From assembly GCA_945871065.1 (NCBI GenBank), contig CAMBUL010000003.1:269-64268 (forward strand): a stretch of 64,000 nt of DNA. Reading direction: 5' to 3'. Below the pieces are notes generated by a model that was not told the DNA's origin, made no database searches, and saw nothing but the letters and a program-made list of their open reading frames with translations. Position numbers and translations under genes: made by a program. Shown piece after piece: positions 26,751 to 35,953 of the stretch (within the stretch, counting starts at the first letter, position 1; every line of letters starts with the position of its first letter). Source of the DNA: Chthoniobacter flavus. Its GTDB lineage: Bacteria; Verrucomicrobiota; Verrucomicrobiia; Chthoniobacterales; JACTMZ01.

Positions 26751-28553
26751 TCAGCCGCGGATGACCACGGCGATGTCATCCGGAAGATTTTTTACCACCT
26801 GTTGCACAACGCTGCCATGAAGTAGGTGGGCTAGTGCGGTGTGCCCGGAAGTCCCGAGATACAATTCGTCGACCCCGAGCGTCGCCGCAACATCGGCAAT
26901 AGCCGTGCCGGCTTTTTCCGCGACGGCGTAGACCGGGATCACTTTCACGCCGACCTGCTCGCCGATGGCTTGTGCCGTTTTCATGATGAGCGCGGCTTCG
27001 GGGTCGTCTTGCCAGCGTGCTTTGGCGTCGTTTTTGGGAGCGCTGAAAGCCACAGCCACTTCGCGGACGTAGAGAACGTAGAGTGAAGCGTTGCGTATTT
27101 TGGCTGTCTCGATCGCGTATTTCATTACCGATGTGACACCACGGAGGCAGACAAGAATTTTTCCCCCTTCGGGTAAAGTCAGCTTCAGGTCTTCGGCCTG
27201 AAGTTTCTCGACCATCTCGGCCACTTTACGCGGCACTTGGACTGTGGTTACACCTTTGTGCTTCTGGCTCCATGCGCGCAGGGCCAAGCCGATGAGGAAA
27301 ACACAAGTGACAAAGAACAGGGCGTCGGGCTTTGTTTGGGCCAGGGTGAGTTCCACGCCGCAAAGGAGGAGAAAGGTCGCGGTCATCATGGCCCGTGCCG
27401 GCCAACTCATGGGCAGGGCACGGTTGAAAGCGCACGAACCGAGATTGACCGCGATGGCTCCGACCACTCCGATGGCGTAAAGGCCGGCCAGCGCTTCGAG
27501 ACCCGGCGAGATGGCAAGGACGATTACGGGCAGCGCGATGGAAACCACCAGCGGGATGGTCGGTACGCCGTGCGCGTTTAGGCGGTTGAAGCTACGCGGC
27601 ATCTCTCCGTCGCTCGACATCATGAACATGAGGCCGATGAGCGCGGCCGCCGCCGTGTTGACCGCGCTGAAGAGCAGCACGGCGAACGTGATGCCGACAA
27701 ACCATCCGAAGGCCTGTCCGATCTGCGGCCCGAGGGCCAGCCCCGCGTAGTGCTCGGCGGCGAAACGAAGGACATCGTCCTTTCGTTCGATGATCTCTCC
27801 TTGGAGTGAATGGGGAAGGGAAAGCACCGCCCATGCGAGCAATGCCGTGCCCAAGCTAACCTCGAGGGCAACCGGCAGGATGGATTTGGTCGCAGTTTGG
27901 CCGACGCGTGGCTTCTCCAGAGTGGAGCCCTTGTCGATTTTCATGACGCCGGTAAGGTTGGCGATAGCCTCCACACCACTGAGGGCGAGGATCACCCCGA
28001 CGAAGGCGACCCAATTCGCTTGGAATGTGCCGTGCGGCAATTCCAGTTCCCGGATGGTGAGATGGGGAAAGGCTAGGACAATGATGCCGACCACGGAGGC
28101 CACGACGGGCAGTGCGAGGGCCACCGCGATCGACCCGCTGTGATGCGGGCCGAAGTAATTCAGCACGCCGAAAAACAAGATAACCATGATCGATGCGGGG
28201 AGGATCCACTCCGTGGGAAGACCCAGGTAGCTGAGTCCCGCCCACGCGCTCAGTGCGGCGGTGACGGTGAAATCCGCGATGAGCAGGAGGGCGCCGATCA
28301 CGGCGAGCAAGCGTCCGTGCGGGCGTGCCGCGGAATACACGCCGCCGCCGCAGGGGAAGCAGCGGCAGATGATGATGTAGTTGAGCCCGACGATGAGGCT
28401 CAGCGCGCTGACCGCGAGGATGATGGGCAGCGAGGAAAATCCCATCGCGGCAAAAGCCAGACCGATGACGTAGGCTTTGCTCGTTCCCCAGTCGCCATAG
28501 AGCAGTGCCGCAGCGCGTGGCCAACCGAGATTGCGTGGACGGTGAATTTCCAT
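26751..28553 (-). CDS. APC-family amino acid permease fused to a C-terminal universal stress protein domain
   Basis: LYGDWGTS, GGGVY, LSGVEAIAN, C-terminal ATLGVDELYLGTS...LLHGSVVQQVV. Confidence 0.85.
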   Translation of the reverse strand: MEIHRPRNLGWPRAAALLYGDWGTSKAYVIGLAFAAMGFSSLPIILAVSALSLIVGLNYIIICRCFPCGGGVYSAARPHGRLLAVIGALLLIADFTVTAALSAWAGLSYLGLPTEWILPASIMVILFFGVLNYFGPHHSGSIAVALALPVVASVVGIIVLAFPHLTIRELELPHGTFQANWVAFVGVILALSGVEAIANLTGVMKIDKGSTLEKPRVGQTATKSILPVALEVSLGTALLAWAVLSLPHSLQGEIIERKDDVLRFAAEHYAGLALGPQIGQAFGWFVGITFAVLLFSAVNTAAAALIGLMFMMSSDGEMPRSFNRLNAHGVPTIPLVVSIALPVIVLAISPGLEALAGLYAIGVVGAIAVNLGSCAFNRALPMSWPARAMMTATFLLLCGVELTLAQTKPDALFFVTCVFLIGLALRAWSQKHKGVTTVQVPRKVAEMVEKLQAEDLKLTLPEGGKILVCLRGVTSVMKYAIETAKIRNASLYVLYVREVAVAFSAPKNDAKARWQDDPEAALIMKTAQAIGEQVGVKVIPVYAVAEKAGTAIADVAATLGVDELYLGTSGHTALAHLLHGSVVQQVVKNLPDDIAVVIRG

Positions 28554-28715
28554 GGATCCGGTCAGTCTAACACAACCTGCAGCTCGCCACCGGTTGCGGG
28601 GCGACCCGCCAAAAAGATTCGGGAGAATTGATTTGCGCCAGGGCTTTGGACGGCGGCTGGGGCGAGATCAATCCTGCGCCGATCGGACATGAGAAGGTGG
28701 TGTGTCAGGCTCGTC

Positions 28716-29648
28716 TTAGTTCTGTTTTTCCGTCGCCCGCCGGTGCAGCACGGAAGCGATGACCGAGATAACGAGGATGGCCGCAACCACGAGGAGGGAC
28801 ACCGTAGTGTCGATTTTCCACGTGCTATGGGCCAGCGACATCTTGATTCCGACGAAAACCAGAATCACTCCGAGACCGTATTTGAGGAAGTGGAAATAAG
28901 GCAGGATTCCCGATAGTGCGAAGTATAGCGCGCGCAGACCGAGGATGGCGAAGACGTTCGAGGTGTAGATAATGAAGGTGTCCTGCGTGATGGCGAAGAT
29001 GGCCGGGATGGAATCGACGGCGAAGACCACGTCGGTGACCTCGATGCAGAGCAGAACGGCGAAGAGCGGCGTGACGGCACGCACGCCGTTATGGCGGACG
29101 AAGAATTTCTGGCCGTGGAATTCCTTGGTCACCGGCATAAAGCGCCGGAGTAATTTGAACGCGATGTTTTTCTCGGGATCGATCGACTCGTGGTCGCCCA
29201 TAGCCATTTTGATGCCGGTGAAAATGAGCAGCGCGGCGAAGACGTAGATGATCCAGCTGAAATTGCTGATCAAAGCCGCACCGGCGAAAATCATGGCTGC
29301 GCGCATGATAAGCGCACCGAAAATCCCCCAGAAGAGCACGCGGTGCTGGTATTGCGGCGGTATGCCGAAGTAAGTGAAGAGCACGGCGAAGACGAAGACG
29401 TTGTCGACCGAGAGCGACTTTTCGATCAGGTAACCGGTGAGGAATTCGGTGCCTTTCTGCGGTCCCATTTGGAAATAGACCCAGACGTTGAAGGCCAGGG
29501 CCATGGCAATCCACACTGCCGACCAGCCGAGCGCCTCCTTGATCGCGACCACGTGCGCCTTGCGGTGAAAAACGCCCAAGTCAAGGGCAAGTAAGGTGAC
29601 AATGAAGGCATTGAAGGCGACCCACCACATCAAAGGTATCTCATTCAT
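28716..29648 (-). CDS. TerC/Alx-family metal homeostasis membrane protein
   Basis: GYLIEKSLSVDNVFVF, LFWG..GA..MR, DVVFAVDSIPAIFA, SN.FAILGLRALYF; start ATG 29648. Confidence 0.92.
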   Translation of the reverse strand: MNEIPLMWWVAFNAFIVTLLALDLGVFHRKAHVVAIKEALGWSAVWIAMALAFNVWVYFQMGPQKGTEFLTGYLIEKSLSVDNVFVFAVLFTYFGIPPQYQHRVLFWGIFGALIMRAAMIFAGAALISNFSWIIYVFAALLIFTGIKMAMGDHESIDPEKNIAFKLLRRFMPVTKEFHGQKFFVRHNGVRAVTPLFAVLLCIEVTDVVFAVDSIPAIFAITQDTFIIYTSNVFAILGLRALYFALSGILPYFHFLKYGLGVILVFVGIKMSLAHSTWKIDTTVSLLVVAAILVISVIASVLHRRATEKQN

Positions 29649-29841
29649 TGTTTCGAAGTATGGCGGATGATTCTCGCGCCGTTTTGTTTGGTTTGCGGTT
29701 GCACGGCGATACCGGGTAAATCCTATCACCTTAAGTGAGTCGCGGGGTCTCGGGCAAGTATATCACCGGGTCATCGAACCAACTTCTGTGGATGCGCGGA
29801 TTGACTTCGGCCGCATCCGCGGATGGTTCCCGCATCACGGT

Positions 29842-29907
29842 ATGACCAACGAGCACCTGCTGACCGCCTTTATGCTGACCTTGCTGGCTGGCCTTGGGAC
29901 TGCACTT
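29842..29907 (+). pseudogene. Possible ZupT (ZIP transporter) N-terminal remnant
   Basis: MTNEHLLTAFMLTLLAGLGTAL resembles the ZupT TM1 start (AF.LT..AGL.T); similarity stops after about 22 codons. Confidence 0.45.
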
Positions 29908-30019
29908 TGTGCCATGGATACACAAAGCGGCTCCGACATTTTTGAAACTGCTATAAGTAAACGCCGACGCCACACTTTCTGCAGCGGCGCCGCCCCCGAT
30001 GCCGGTGCCTCGGATTGCC

Positions 30020-32338
30020 TCAGACCGCAGTCTTGGGCAGATCTCCGAGGACCTCGCGCTTGATGCTCTTGCCGGTGCGCTTTGACCACCAGAGGACGAT
30101 GGGTGCGGCGACGAAGATGGAGGAGTAAGTGCCGACGAGGATCCCGATGAGGATAACCAAGGCGAAGTCGCTTAAGACCGGGCCGCCGAGGAGGAAGAGA
30201 GCCGCGGTGGCGAGCAGCGTCGTGCCGCCGGTCAGGATGGTGCGGCCGAGGGTTTCGTTGATGCACGCATTCATGATCTGCGAGACGGTGCCGCGGCGTC
30301 CGGACATGAGTCCCTCGCGGACTCGGTCGAAGACCACGATGGTGTCGTTGATCGAGTAACCGGCGATGGTCAGCACGGCACCGACCATGACGAGGGAAAC
30401 TTCGCGGCCAAGCAGTGAAAAGACGCCGACGGTGATAATGATGTCATGGAGCACCGCAACGAGCGCGCCGAGGGCAAAGGAGAACTCAAAGCGCAACGTC
30501 ACGTAAATGAGGATGCCGACCAGGCCGAGGGCGAGTGCGAAGAGTGAGCGACCGGCCAGTTCCTTGCCGACGCGTGGGCCCACGGTGTCGGTCTGTTCGA
30601 TGGTCAGTCCGGCATCGGGAAAATCCTGCTGAAGTTTGGCCACGACGGCATCCGCCGTGCCGAAACGGCTCTGCACGGTGATGAGTTCGCGGCCCTCTTC
30701 GGTCGAAGTTTGCAGGGTGGTTTCACCCAGGTTGGCGGTTTCGACGCTGCGGCGCAGGTCGTTGAGCGGGACGTTTTTGTCGGTGCCGAGCATGACAAGG
30801 TCGCCGCCCGTGAAGTCGACCCCGAAGTTTTTCTCTCCGCGCCAGGCAAAGAATCCGACCGACCCGAGAATGAGGACAAGAGACAGGGCGAGTGCGATGT
30901 GACGCTTGCCGAGAAAGTCGATGCTATGGGACGGAATCCAGTTGAGCATGCGCAACTTTTTCAGGCCGAAATTGTCCAGCATGAACCCGAAGACCGTGCG
31001 GGTGAAAAGTAACGCCGAAAACATTGAGGCGATGATGCCGAGAGTCAGGGTGATGGCGAAACCCTTGACCGGGCCGGTGGCCTGCCAGAAAAGAATGGCC
31101 GAGGTGATCAGCGTGGTCACGTTGGCGTCGAAGATGGCGGAGAAGGCTTTGTTGTAGGCCGAATTGACTGCGGCCCCGAGCGACTTGCCCTCCGCCATTT
31201 CCTCGCGGAGGCGCTCGTAGATGAGGACGTTGGCATCGATGGCCATGCCGATGGTCAGGATGATGCCGGCGATACCGGGCAGGGTAAGGACGAAATTGAA
31301 CATGCTCATCGCCCCAAAGAGGAGGATGAGGTTGACCGCCAGGGCCAAGCAGGCGACGAGGCCGGCCAGCCGGTAATAAAACAGAACGAAAAGGAGGGTG
31401 AGGGCCAGTCCGAGAATACCGGCGCCGACGCCGCTGCGGATGGAGTCCGCTCCGAGCGAAGAGGAAACGCTGCGGGTCTCTTCGATCTCGACCGGCGTCT
31501 TGAGCGGGTTTTCGAGAACGCTGGCAAGGTTGCGGGCCTCTTCGTCCGAGAAGCGTCCGGTGATGACGGCCTCGCCGCCATAAATGGGTTGGCGGATATT
31601 CGGGGCGCTCTGCACGTCGCCATCGAGCATGATGGCGAGGCGCTGGCCGACATTGTTGGCCGTGAGGTCGCCGAAGATTGTGCCGCCCTCGCTGTCGAGG
31701 GTCATGGCCACGCCGTAACCTTGAACGTCGTAAAACGGATTGGCTGCCGTGACGCGGTCACCGGTGAGGTCGGCGCGCTGTTTGACCAGCAAGCGCACAG
31801 TCTGTTCCTTGCCTTCAACCACTTCGGCATACTCCTTGACGACATAACCGGGCGGAAGGACCCCTTGTCCGGCGTCAACTTGTGCCAGGACGGAGTCGCT
31901 CTGCGGGTGAACAAGGGCGAACTCGAGTTTCGCCACGCGCTGGAGTTGCTCACGGGTCCGGGAAAGTTGTTCCGTGTCGAGCCCGGGAATCTGGACCAGG
32001 ATGCGGTCGCGGCCCTGGGCGGCAATGACTGGTTCGCTCACCCCGAATTGGTCCACGCGTTTGCGGATGACCTCGATGGCCTGATCGAGGGTCGTCGGGG
32101 TGATTTCCTCCCCGTCTTGGCCGACCAGACGGAGGAGGAACGAAGTGCCACCCTGCAGGTCGAGACCGAGACGGATTTTCTTCTCCGGCGGTATGACCGC
32201 TTCGAGACAGAAAGTAAGGAGCAGGACGGTGAGGACGAGCCCGATCATCCGCTTGCGGAGCGAGAGGTCGGTGAAGAAATACCAGATGAACAGGCCCAGC
32301 AGGAGCAGGCCGAAGGCGAAAGTGAGGGTCGGGTTCAT
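30020..32338 (-). CDS. secDF: Fused protein translocase subunit SecDF
   Basis: LGLDLQGG, RKRVD.FGV.EP, IGMAIDAN.LIYER, GVDFTGG, GYS.NDT.VVFDR.RE. Confidence 0.95.
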   Translation of the reverse strand: MNPTLTFAFGLLLLGLFIWYFFTDLSLRKRMIGLVLTVLLLTFCLEAVIPPEKKIRLGLDLQGGTSFLLRLVGQDGEEITPTTLDQAIEVIRKRVDQFGVSEPVIAAQGRDRILVQIPGLDTEQLSRTREQLQRVAKLEFALVHPQSDSVLAQVDAGQGVLPPGYVVKEYAEVVEGKEQTVRLLVKQRADLTGDRVTAANPFYDVQGYGVAMTLDSEGGTIFGDLTANNVGQRLAIMLDGDVQSAPNIRQPIYGGEAVITGRFSDEEARNLASVLENPLKTPVEIEETRSVSSSLGADSIRSGVGAGILGLALTLLFVLFYYRLAGLVACLALAVNLILLFGAMSMFNFVLTLPGIAGIILTIGMAIDANVLIYERLREEMAEGKSLGAAVNSAYNKAFSAIFDANVTTLITSAILFWQATGPVKGFAITLTLGIIASMFSALLFTRTVFGFMLDNFGLKKLRMLNWIPSHSIDFLGKRHIALALSLVLILGSVGFFAWRGEKNFGVDFTGGDLVMLGTDKNVPLNDLRRSVETANLGETTLQTSTEEGRELITVQSRFGTADAVVAKLQQDFPDAGLTIEQTDTVGPRVGKELAGRSLFALALGLVGILIYVTLRFEFSFALGALVAVLHDIIITVGVFSLLGREVSLVMVGAVLTIAGYSINDTIVVFDRVREGLMSGRRGTVSQIMNACINETLGRTILTGGTTLLATAALFLLGGPVLSDFALVILIGILVGTYSSIFVAAPIVLWWSKRTGKSIKREVLGDLPKTAV

Positions 32339-32375
32339 GGTTTGGTGGTGGCGCGAGGTCGGGCGCGCGGAGGGG

Positions 32376-32696
32376 TCAATCTTCGGTCGACTTGCTCACC
32401 GAAACGACGGCGGCTTTGTCCATTTCGATTTTCACGTTATCGGCGACCTTGAGGAGGATGGTTGATTCTTTGACGTTGGCCACGATGCCGTGGATTCCCC
32501 CGCCGGTGATGACTTTGTCACCTGTTTTGATCGCGGTCACGAGCTTCTGATGTTCCTTCTGTTTTTTCTGCTGTGGGCGGATGAGAAGGAAGTAGAAGAG
32601 GACCGCGATGATGATGAGCGGGAGGAACTGAAAAAGCACCGGTGGCTGTTCGGGGGCGCCGGGAGCGGCTTGGGCGAGAAAAGTCATGAATTCCAT
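32376..32696 (-). CDS. yajC: Preprotein translocase subunit YajC
   Basis: FYFLLIRPQQKKQK, GDKVIT.GGIHG.V. Confidence 0.93.
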   Translation of the reverse strand: MEFMTFLAQAAPGAPEQPPVLFQFLPLIIIAVLFYFLLIRPQQKKQKEHQKLVTAIKTGDKVITGGGIHGIVANVKESTILLKVADNVKIEMDKAAVVSVSKSTED

Positions 32697-32800
32697 AGAG
32701 CCGCGCAGCGTAGGCGAGGCGCGGGGCGGATCCAAGGAATTTGCGGCCCCCTTCTTTGGACTTTGCGGGGCGGGAGCGGGCCGGTAGTAAGAGCCCCCGG

Positions 32801-33679
32801 ATGATGGAGCTTAAACTTCCTGGCTGGGAATTGGTGCGCCGCGGCAAAGTCCGCGAGGTCTACGCGCGGGAGGACCGCGTGCTTTTGGTGGCGAGCGACC
32901 GTCTCTCCGCCTTCGACTGCATCTTGCCCGACCCGATCCCGGGCAAGGGGGAGTTGCTGACCCAGCTCTCCGCTTTTTGGTTCCGGCGGCTGGACTTCAT
33001 GCCGAATCACCTCCTTTCGGCGGACTTTGCCACCTTTCCAGCCGAGTTGCAGCCCTTTGCCGGCGAGTTGGCCGGTCGCGCCATGCTCTGCCGCAAGACA
33101 AAGCCCCTGCCCGTCGAATGTGTCGTCCGCGGGTATCTGGCCGGTGCGGCTTGGGAGGAATACCGGGAACACGGAACGGTGGGTGGACATGACGTGCCGC
33201 GCGGACTGCCCGAGGCATCCAAACTTCCCCAACCCCTTTTCACCCCGACAACAAAGGCATCCGAGGGTCATGACGAAGCGATTACCTGGGAAAAATGCCG
33301 CCGCCTGCTCGGCGATGATCTCGCCCACGCGGTGCGCGAGGCCAGCTTCGAGGTCTACGACTACGGCCGGGTACAGGCTGCTCGGGCCGGCGTGATCATC
33401 GCCGACACCAAGTTCGAATTCGGGTTGCTCGGCGAAGAACTTTTGCTCATCGACGAATGCCTGACCCCCGACTCCTCGCGTTTCTGGCCGGTCGAGGCAT
33501 GGAATCCGGGCCAGCATCCTCCGAGTTTCGACAAACAATTCGTGCGGGACTGGTTGTTGCAGTCCGGTTGGGACCGTCAGCCGCCCGCTCCGCATTTGCC
33601 GCCGGAAATCATCGCGCAGACCGCGGCGAAATACCGCGAGGCCTACGAACGCCTCGCGCTCGGTCGCCACCCGGAGTGA
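32801..33679 (+). CDS. purC: SAICAR synthase
   Basis: GKVREVY, SDRLSAFD, ECVVRGYL.G, FTPTTKA..GHDE, IADTKFEFG, DE.LTPDSSRFW, DKQFVRDW. Confidence 0.95.
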   Translation: MMELKLPGWELVRRGKVREVYAREDRVLLVASDRLSAFDCILPDPIPGKGELLTQLSAFWFRRLDFMPNHLLSADFATFPAELQPFAGELAGRAMLCRKTKPLPVECVVRGYLAGAAWEEYREHGTVGGHDVPRGLPEASKLPQPLFTPTTKASEGHDEAITWEKCRRLLGDDLAHAVREASFEVYDYGRVQAARAGVIIADTKFEFGLLGEELLLIDECLTPDSSRFWPVEAWNPGQHPPSFDKQFVRDWLLQSGWDRQPPAPHLPPEIIAQTAAKYREAYERLALGRHPE

Positions 33680-34572
33680 ACGCGGAGATCGACCAATTCC
33701 TCCTGTATCTCGCCACCGAGCGGGGACTTTCCGACAACTACCAGCTGAGCACGCGGTCCTCGCTTGAACTTTTCGCCCATTGGTCTGGGGAGTCCGGTCG
33801 TGGCGGGGTTTGGTCGGCGGTGACCCCCGAGCAAATCGGCGAATTCCTCGGCTGGCGCAAAAAGGGCGGCGCTGCCGCGGCGACCATCCGCCTTCATGCC
33901 GTGGCCTTGCGCATTTTTTTCCGCTTCCTTGTGCAGCGCAGGATGCTCGAAGGCGATCCGACCGAATTCCTCGGTGTTCCGAAGGTCGAGCGCTACTTGC
34001 CCGAAACACTCTCCACACCGGAGGTAACCCGCCTGATCCAAGCGGCGGCCGGCGGGACTCCGCTCGAAAGGCGCGACCGCGCCATCGTCGAATTGCTTTA
34101 CGCCAGCGGGTTGCGCGTTTCCGAACTCTGCCAAGCGCGTCTGGAAAACCTCGATCTGGAACACGGCTTCATCCGCGTGGTCGGCAAAGGGAACAAACAG
34201 CGGTTGGTTCCGGTCGGTTCGGGTGCGCGGCAGGCGCTAGAGCGCTACCTGTCCTCCGGCCGCCCGGAATTGGTCAGCCCGAAAACGGGTGGCGAAGTGT
34301 TTTTGTCCGTGCGGGGAAGAAAGTTGACCAACCAGCGCATCTGGCAACTGCTCAGGGAGTTGGCTGCCCGGGCCGGTTTGGAAAAAAACGTCCATCCGCA
34401 CATGCTGCGGCACTCCTTCGCCACCCATTTGCTCCAAGGCGGCGCCGACTTGAGGATCATCCAGGAAATGCTCGGCCATGCCGACATTTCGACCACCCAA
34501 GTTTACACTCATGTCGACACCCGGGGCCTGCAACTGGCGCATCGTCAGTTCCATCCGCGCGCCAAAAAGTAA
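33676..34572 (+). CDS. xerD: Tyrosine recombinase XerD/XerC family
   Basis: RD.A..ELLYASGLRVSE, GKG.K.R, HPH.LRHSFATHLL.GGADLR.IQE.LGH..ISTTQ.YTH; GTGA overlap with purC. Confidence 0.88.
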   Translation: MNAEIDQFLLYLATERGLSDNYQLSTRSSLELFAHWSGESGRGGVWSAVTPEQIGEFLGWRKKGGAAAATIRLHAVALRIFFRFLVQRRMLEGDPTEFLGVPKVERYLPETLSTPEVTRLIQAAAGGTPLERRDRAIVELLYASGLRVSELCQARLENLDLEHGFIRVVGKGNKQRLVPVGSGARQALERYLSSGRPELVSPKTGGEVFLSVRGRKLTNQRIWQLLRELAARAGLEKNVHPHMLRHSFATHLLQGGADLRIIQEMLGHADISTTQVYTHVDTRGLQLAHRQFHPRAKK

Positions 34573-34610
34573 AGCGTGCCGCCCGCGCGGGATTGGGCAA
34601 TCCTCCGATT

Positions 34611-35294
34611 ATGTCCACCTACGCCACGCCCGTCTCCGATTTGGCCGCGCGGGAGCAGAGCTCCTTCCTTGTCCGGGTTTACGCGCATCTTATCCTCGCC
34701 GTCCTCCTTTTTGTCGGTTTGGAGGTTTGGTTTTTCCGCAGCGGGATGGCCAATACCGTGCTGCAGATCTTTTCCGGTGTCTCCTGGCTCGTCGTGCTCG
34801 GCGGCTTCATGCTTCTCTCGTGGGTGGCCACGCTCATCGCCGTGCCGTCCGTCTCACGACCGCTGCAATACCTCGGGTTTTTCCTCTACGTGCTCCTGCA
34901 GGCGCTCATCACCATTCCGTTGCTGGCCGCGGCGGACAGCGCGGCACCGGGTGTCATTGCCAGTGCGGCGCAAGCCACGATCGGAGGGTTCCTGCTCCTC
35001 ACAGCGGTGGTGGTGACCACCGGGAGGAACTTTTCTTTCCTACGCACGTTTCTCATCTGGGGCGGGCTGTTTGGCTTGGCGGTCATTGTCTGTGCCGTTC
35101 TTTTCAAGTTCGACCTGGGGACCTGGTTCAGTGTGGCCATGATTGCGCTGGCTGGCGGGTCGGTGCTCTACACGACATCGAATGTCATGCGCGGATTCCC
35201 GCCGAATGCCGACGTGGCAGCCTCGATCCAGCTTTTCGCCGGCATGACCATGATGTTCTGGTATGTCCTGCGCCTCTTCATGGCGCGGCGCTGA
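34611..35294 (+). CDS. Bax inhibitor-1/YccA family membrane protein
   Basis: 7-TM protein, F..RVY.HL, LY.TS.V, L..LF...R C-terminus. Confidence 0.85.
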   Translation: MSTYATPVSDLAAREQSSFLVRVYAHLILAVLLFVGLEVWFFRSGMANTVLQIFSGVSWLVVLGGFMLLSWVATLIAVPSVSRPLQYLGFFLYVLLQALITIPLLAAADSAAPGVIASAAQATIGGFLLLTAVVVTTGRNFSFLRTFLIWGGLFGLAVIVCAVLFKFDLGTWFSVAMIALAGGSVLYTTSNVMRGFPPNADVAASIQLFAGMTMMFWYVLRLFMARR

Positions 35295-35307
35295 GTTTGG
35301 TGCAGAA

Positions 35308-35374
35308 GGTGGATCGCGCCGTCCCGGCGCGATTAATCGTGTGGCTTATCGCGATAGGGACATCGCGATCCACC
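35308..35374. repeat. REPIN (family D) at the RAYT 3' end
   Basis: GGTGG-ATCGCGCC-GTCCC-GGCGCGAT (35308-35333) and inverted variant GGTGG-ATCGCGAT-GTCCCT-ATCGCGAT (35348-35374). Confidence 0.9.
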
Positions 35375-35953
35375 TCAGAGAGCGACGTACCATTGCCAAT
35401 CGTCGGGACTGGCACAGAGATGTTTGACGACCGGATTGCGGCGGATGTAGTCGTATTTCAAATTGGCTTCGGCCTCGTTGCGCAGACGGTGGTCGAAGAA
35501 GTTGTCCTGCCAGGCAATTCCGTGCTCTTTGGTATGGTATCTTTTCCACTGGCCGATGACGCGTGACATCGATTCCTGCGCTGGGAAGGACAAGATGGCG
35601 TGCAGATGATCGGGCATGAGCAGGAAAATTGTCGCATGCCAGCGCTGCCGGTTTTGGTAAAAAGCGACCGAGTCTAGGAGATGCGTAGCAATCTTCGGGT
35701 CTGTCAACGGACGGAGGTATTCCTGGGACACGCGGACGCGGATATGAAATCGTGATCCGTCAGGAATCCAAGACGGCACCGCGTGGTGCAGCTTTTTTCC
35801 GAAAGGCGGGTGGATCGCGCCGTCCCGGCGCGATGTGTCTTGGGGCTTGATCGCGATAGAACCGAAGCGATCCGGAGTCCGCCGCGGCGACCAACTGACC
35901 GCGCAGATAGGCCTTAGGCAAACATCGCGATCCACCTTGGCCACTTTGTTCAT
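35375..35953 (-). CDS. REP-associated tyrosine transposase (RAYT, Y1/HUH family); start uncertain
   Basis: MPDHLH (HUH), WQDNFFDHRLR, YIRRNPV catalytic Tyr region; flanked by GTGG-foot hairpins. Confidence 0.88.
   Translation of the reverse strand: MNKVAKVDRDVCLRPICAVSWSPRRTPDRFGSIAIKPQDTSRRDGAIHPPFGKKLHHAVPSWIPDGSRFHIRVRVSQEYLRPLTDPKIATHLLDSVAFYQNRQRWHATIFLLMPDHLHAILSFPAQESMSRVIGQWKRYHTKEHGIAWQDNFFDHRLRNEAEANLKYDYIRRNPVVKHLCASPDDWQWYVAL
35809..35936. repeat. REP cluster (family D plus degenerate B) at the RAYT 5' end
   Basis: 35809-35834 identical to 35308-35333; degenerate inverted copies at 35850-35873 and 35923-35936; GCCGCGGCGACCAA at 35881. Confidence 0.85.

Noticed and set aside
26809-26826. 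Second sigma54 promoter (TGGCAG...TGCA, minus strand)
   Set aside because: GG-GC spacing is off by one and it lies inside a CDS
32696-32800. Secretion-monitor arrest peptide upstream of yajC-secDF
   Set aside because: Only about 100 nt separate yajC from the divergent purC; no plausible signal-peptide uORF
33676-34620. dif site or integron att sites near xerD
   Set aside because: No dif-like 28-bp site or attC pattern seen; the protein looks like a housekeeping XerD coupled to purC
35308-35936. CRISPR array from the repeated 26-bp units
   Set aside because: Copies are few, irregularly spaced and in both orientations, flank a RAYT, and there are no cas genes; these are REPs
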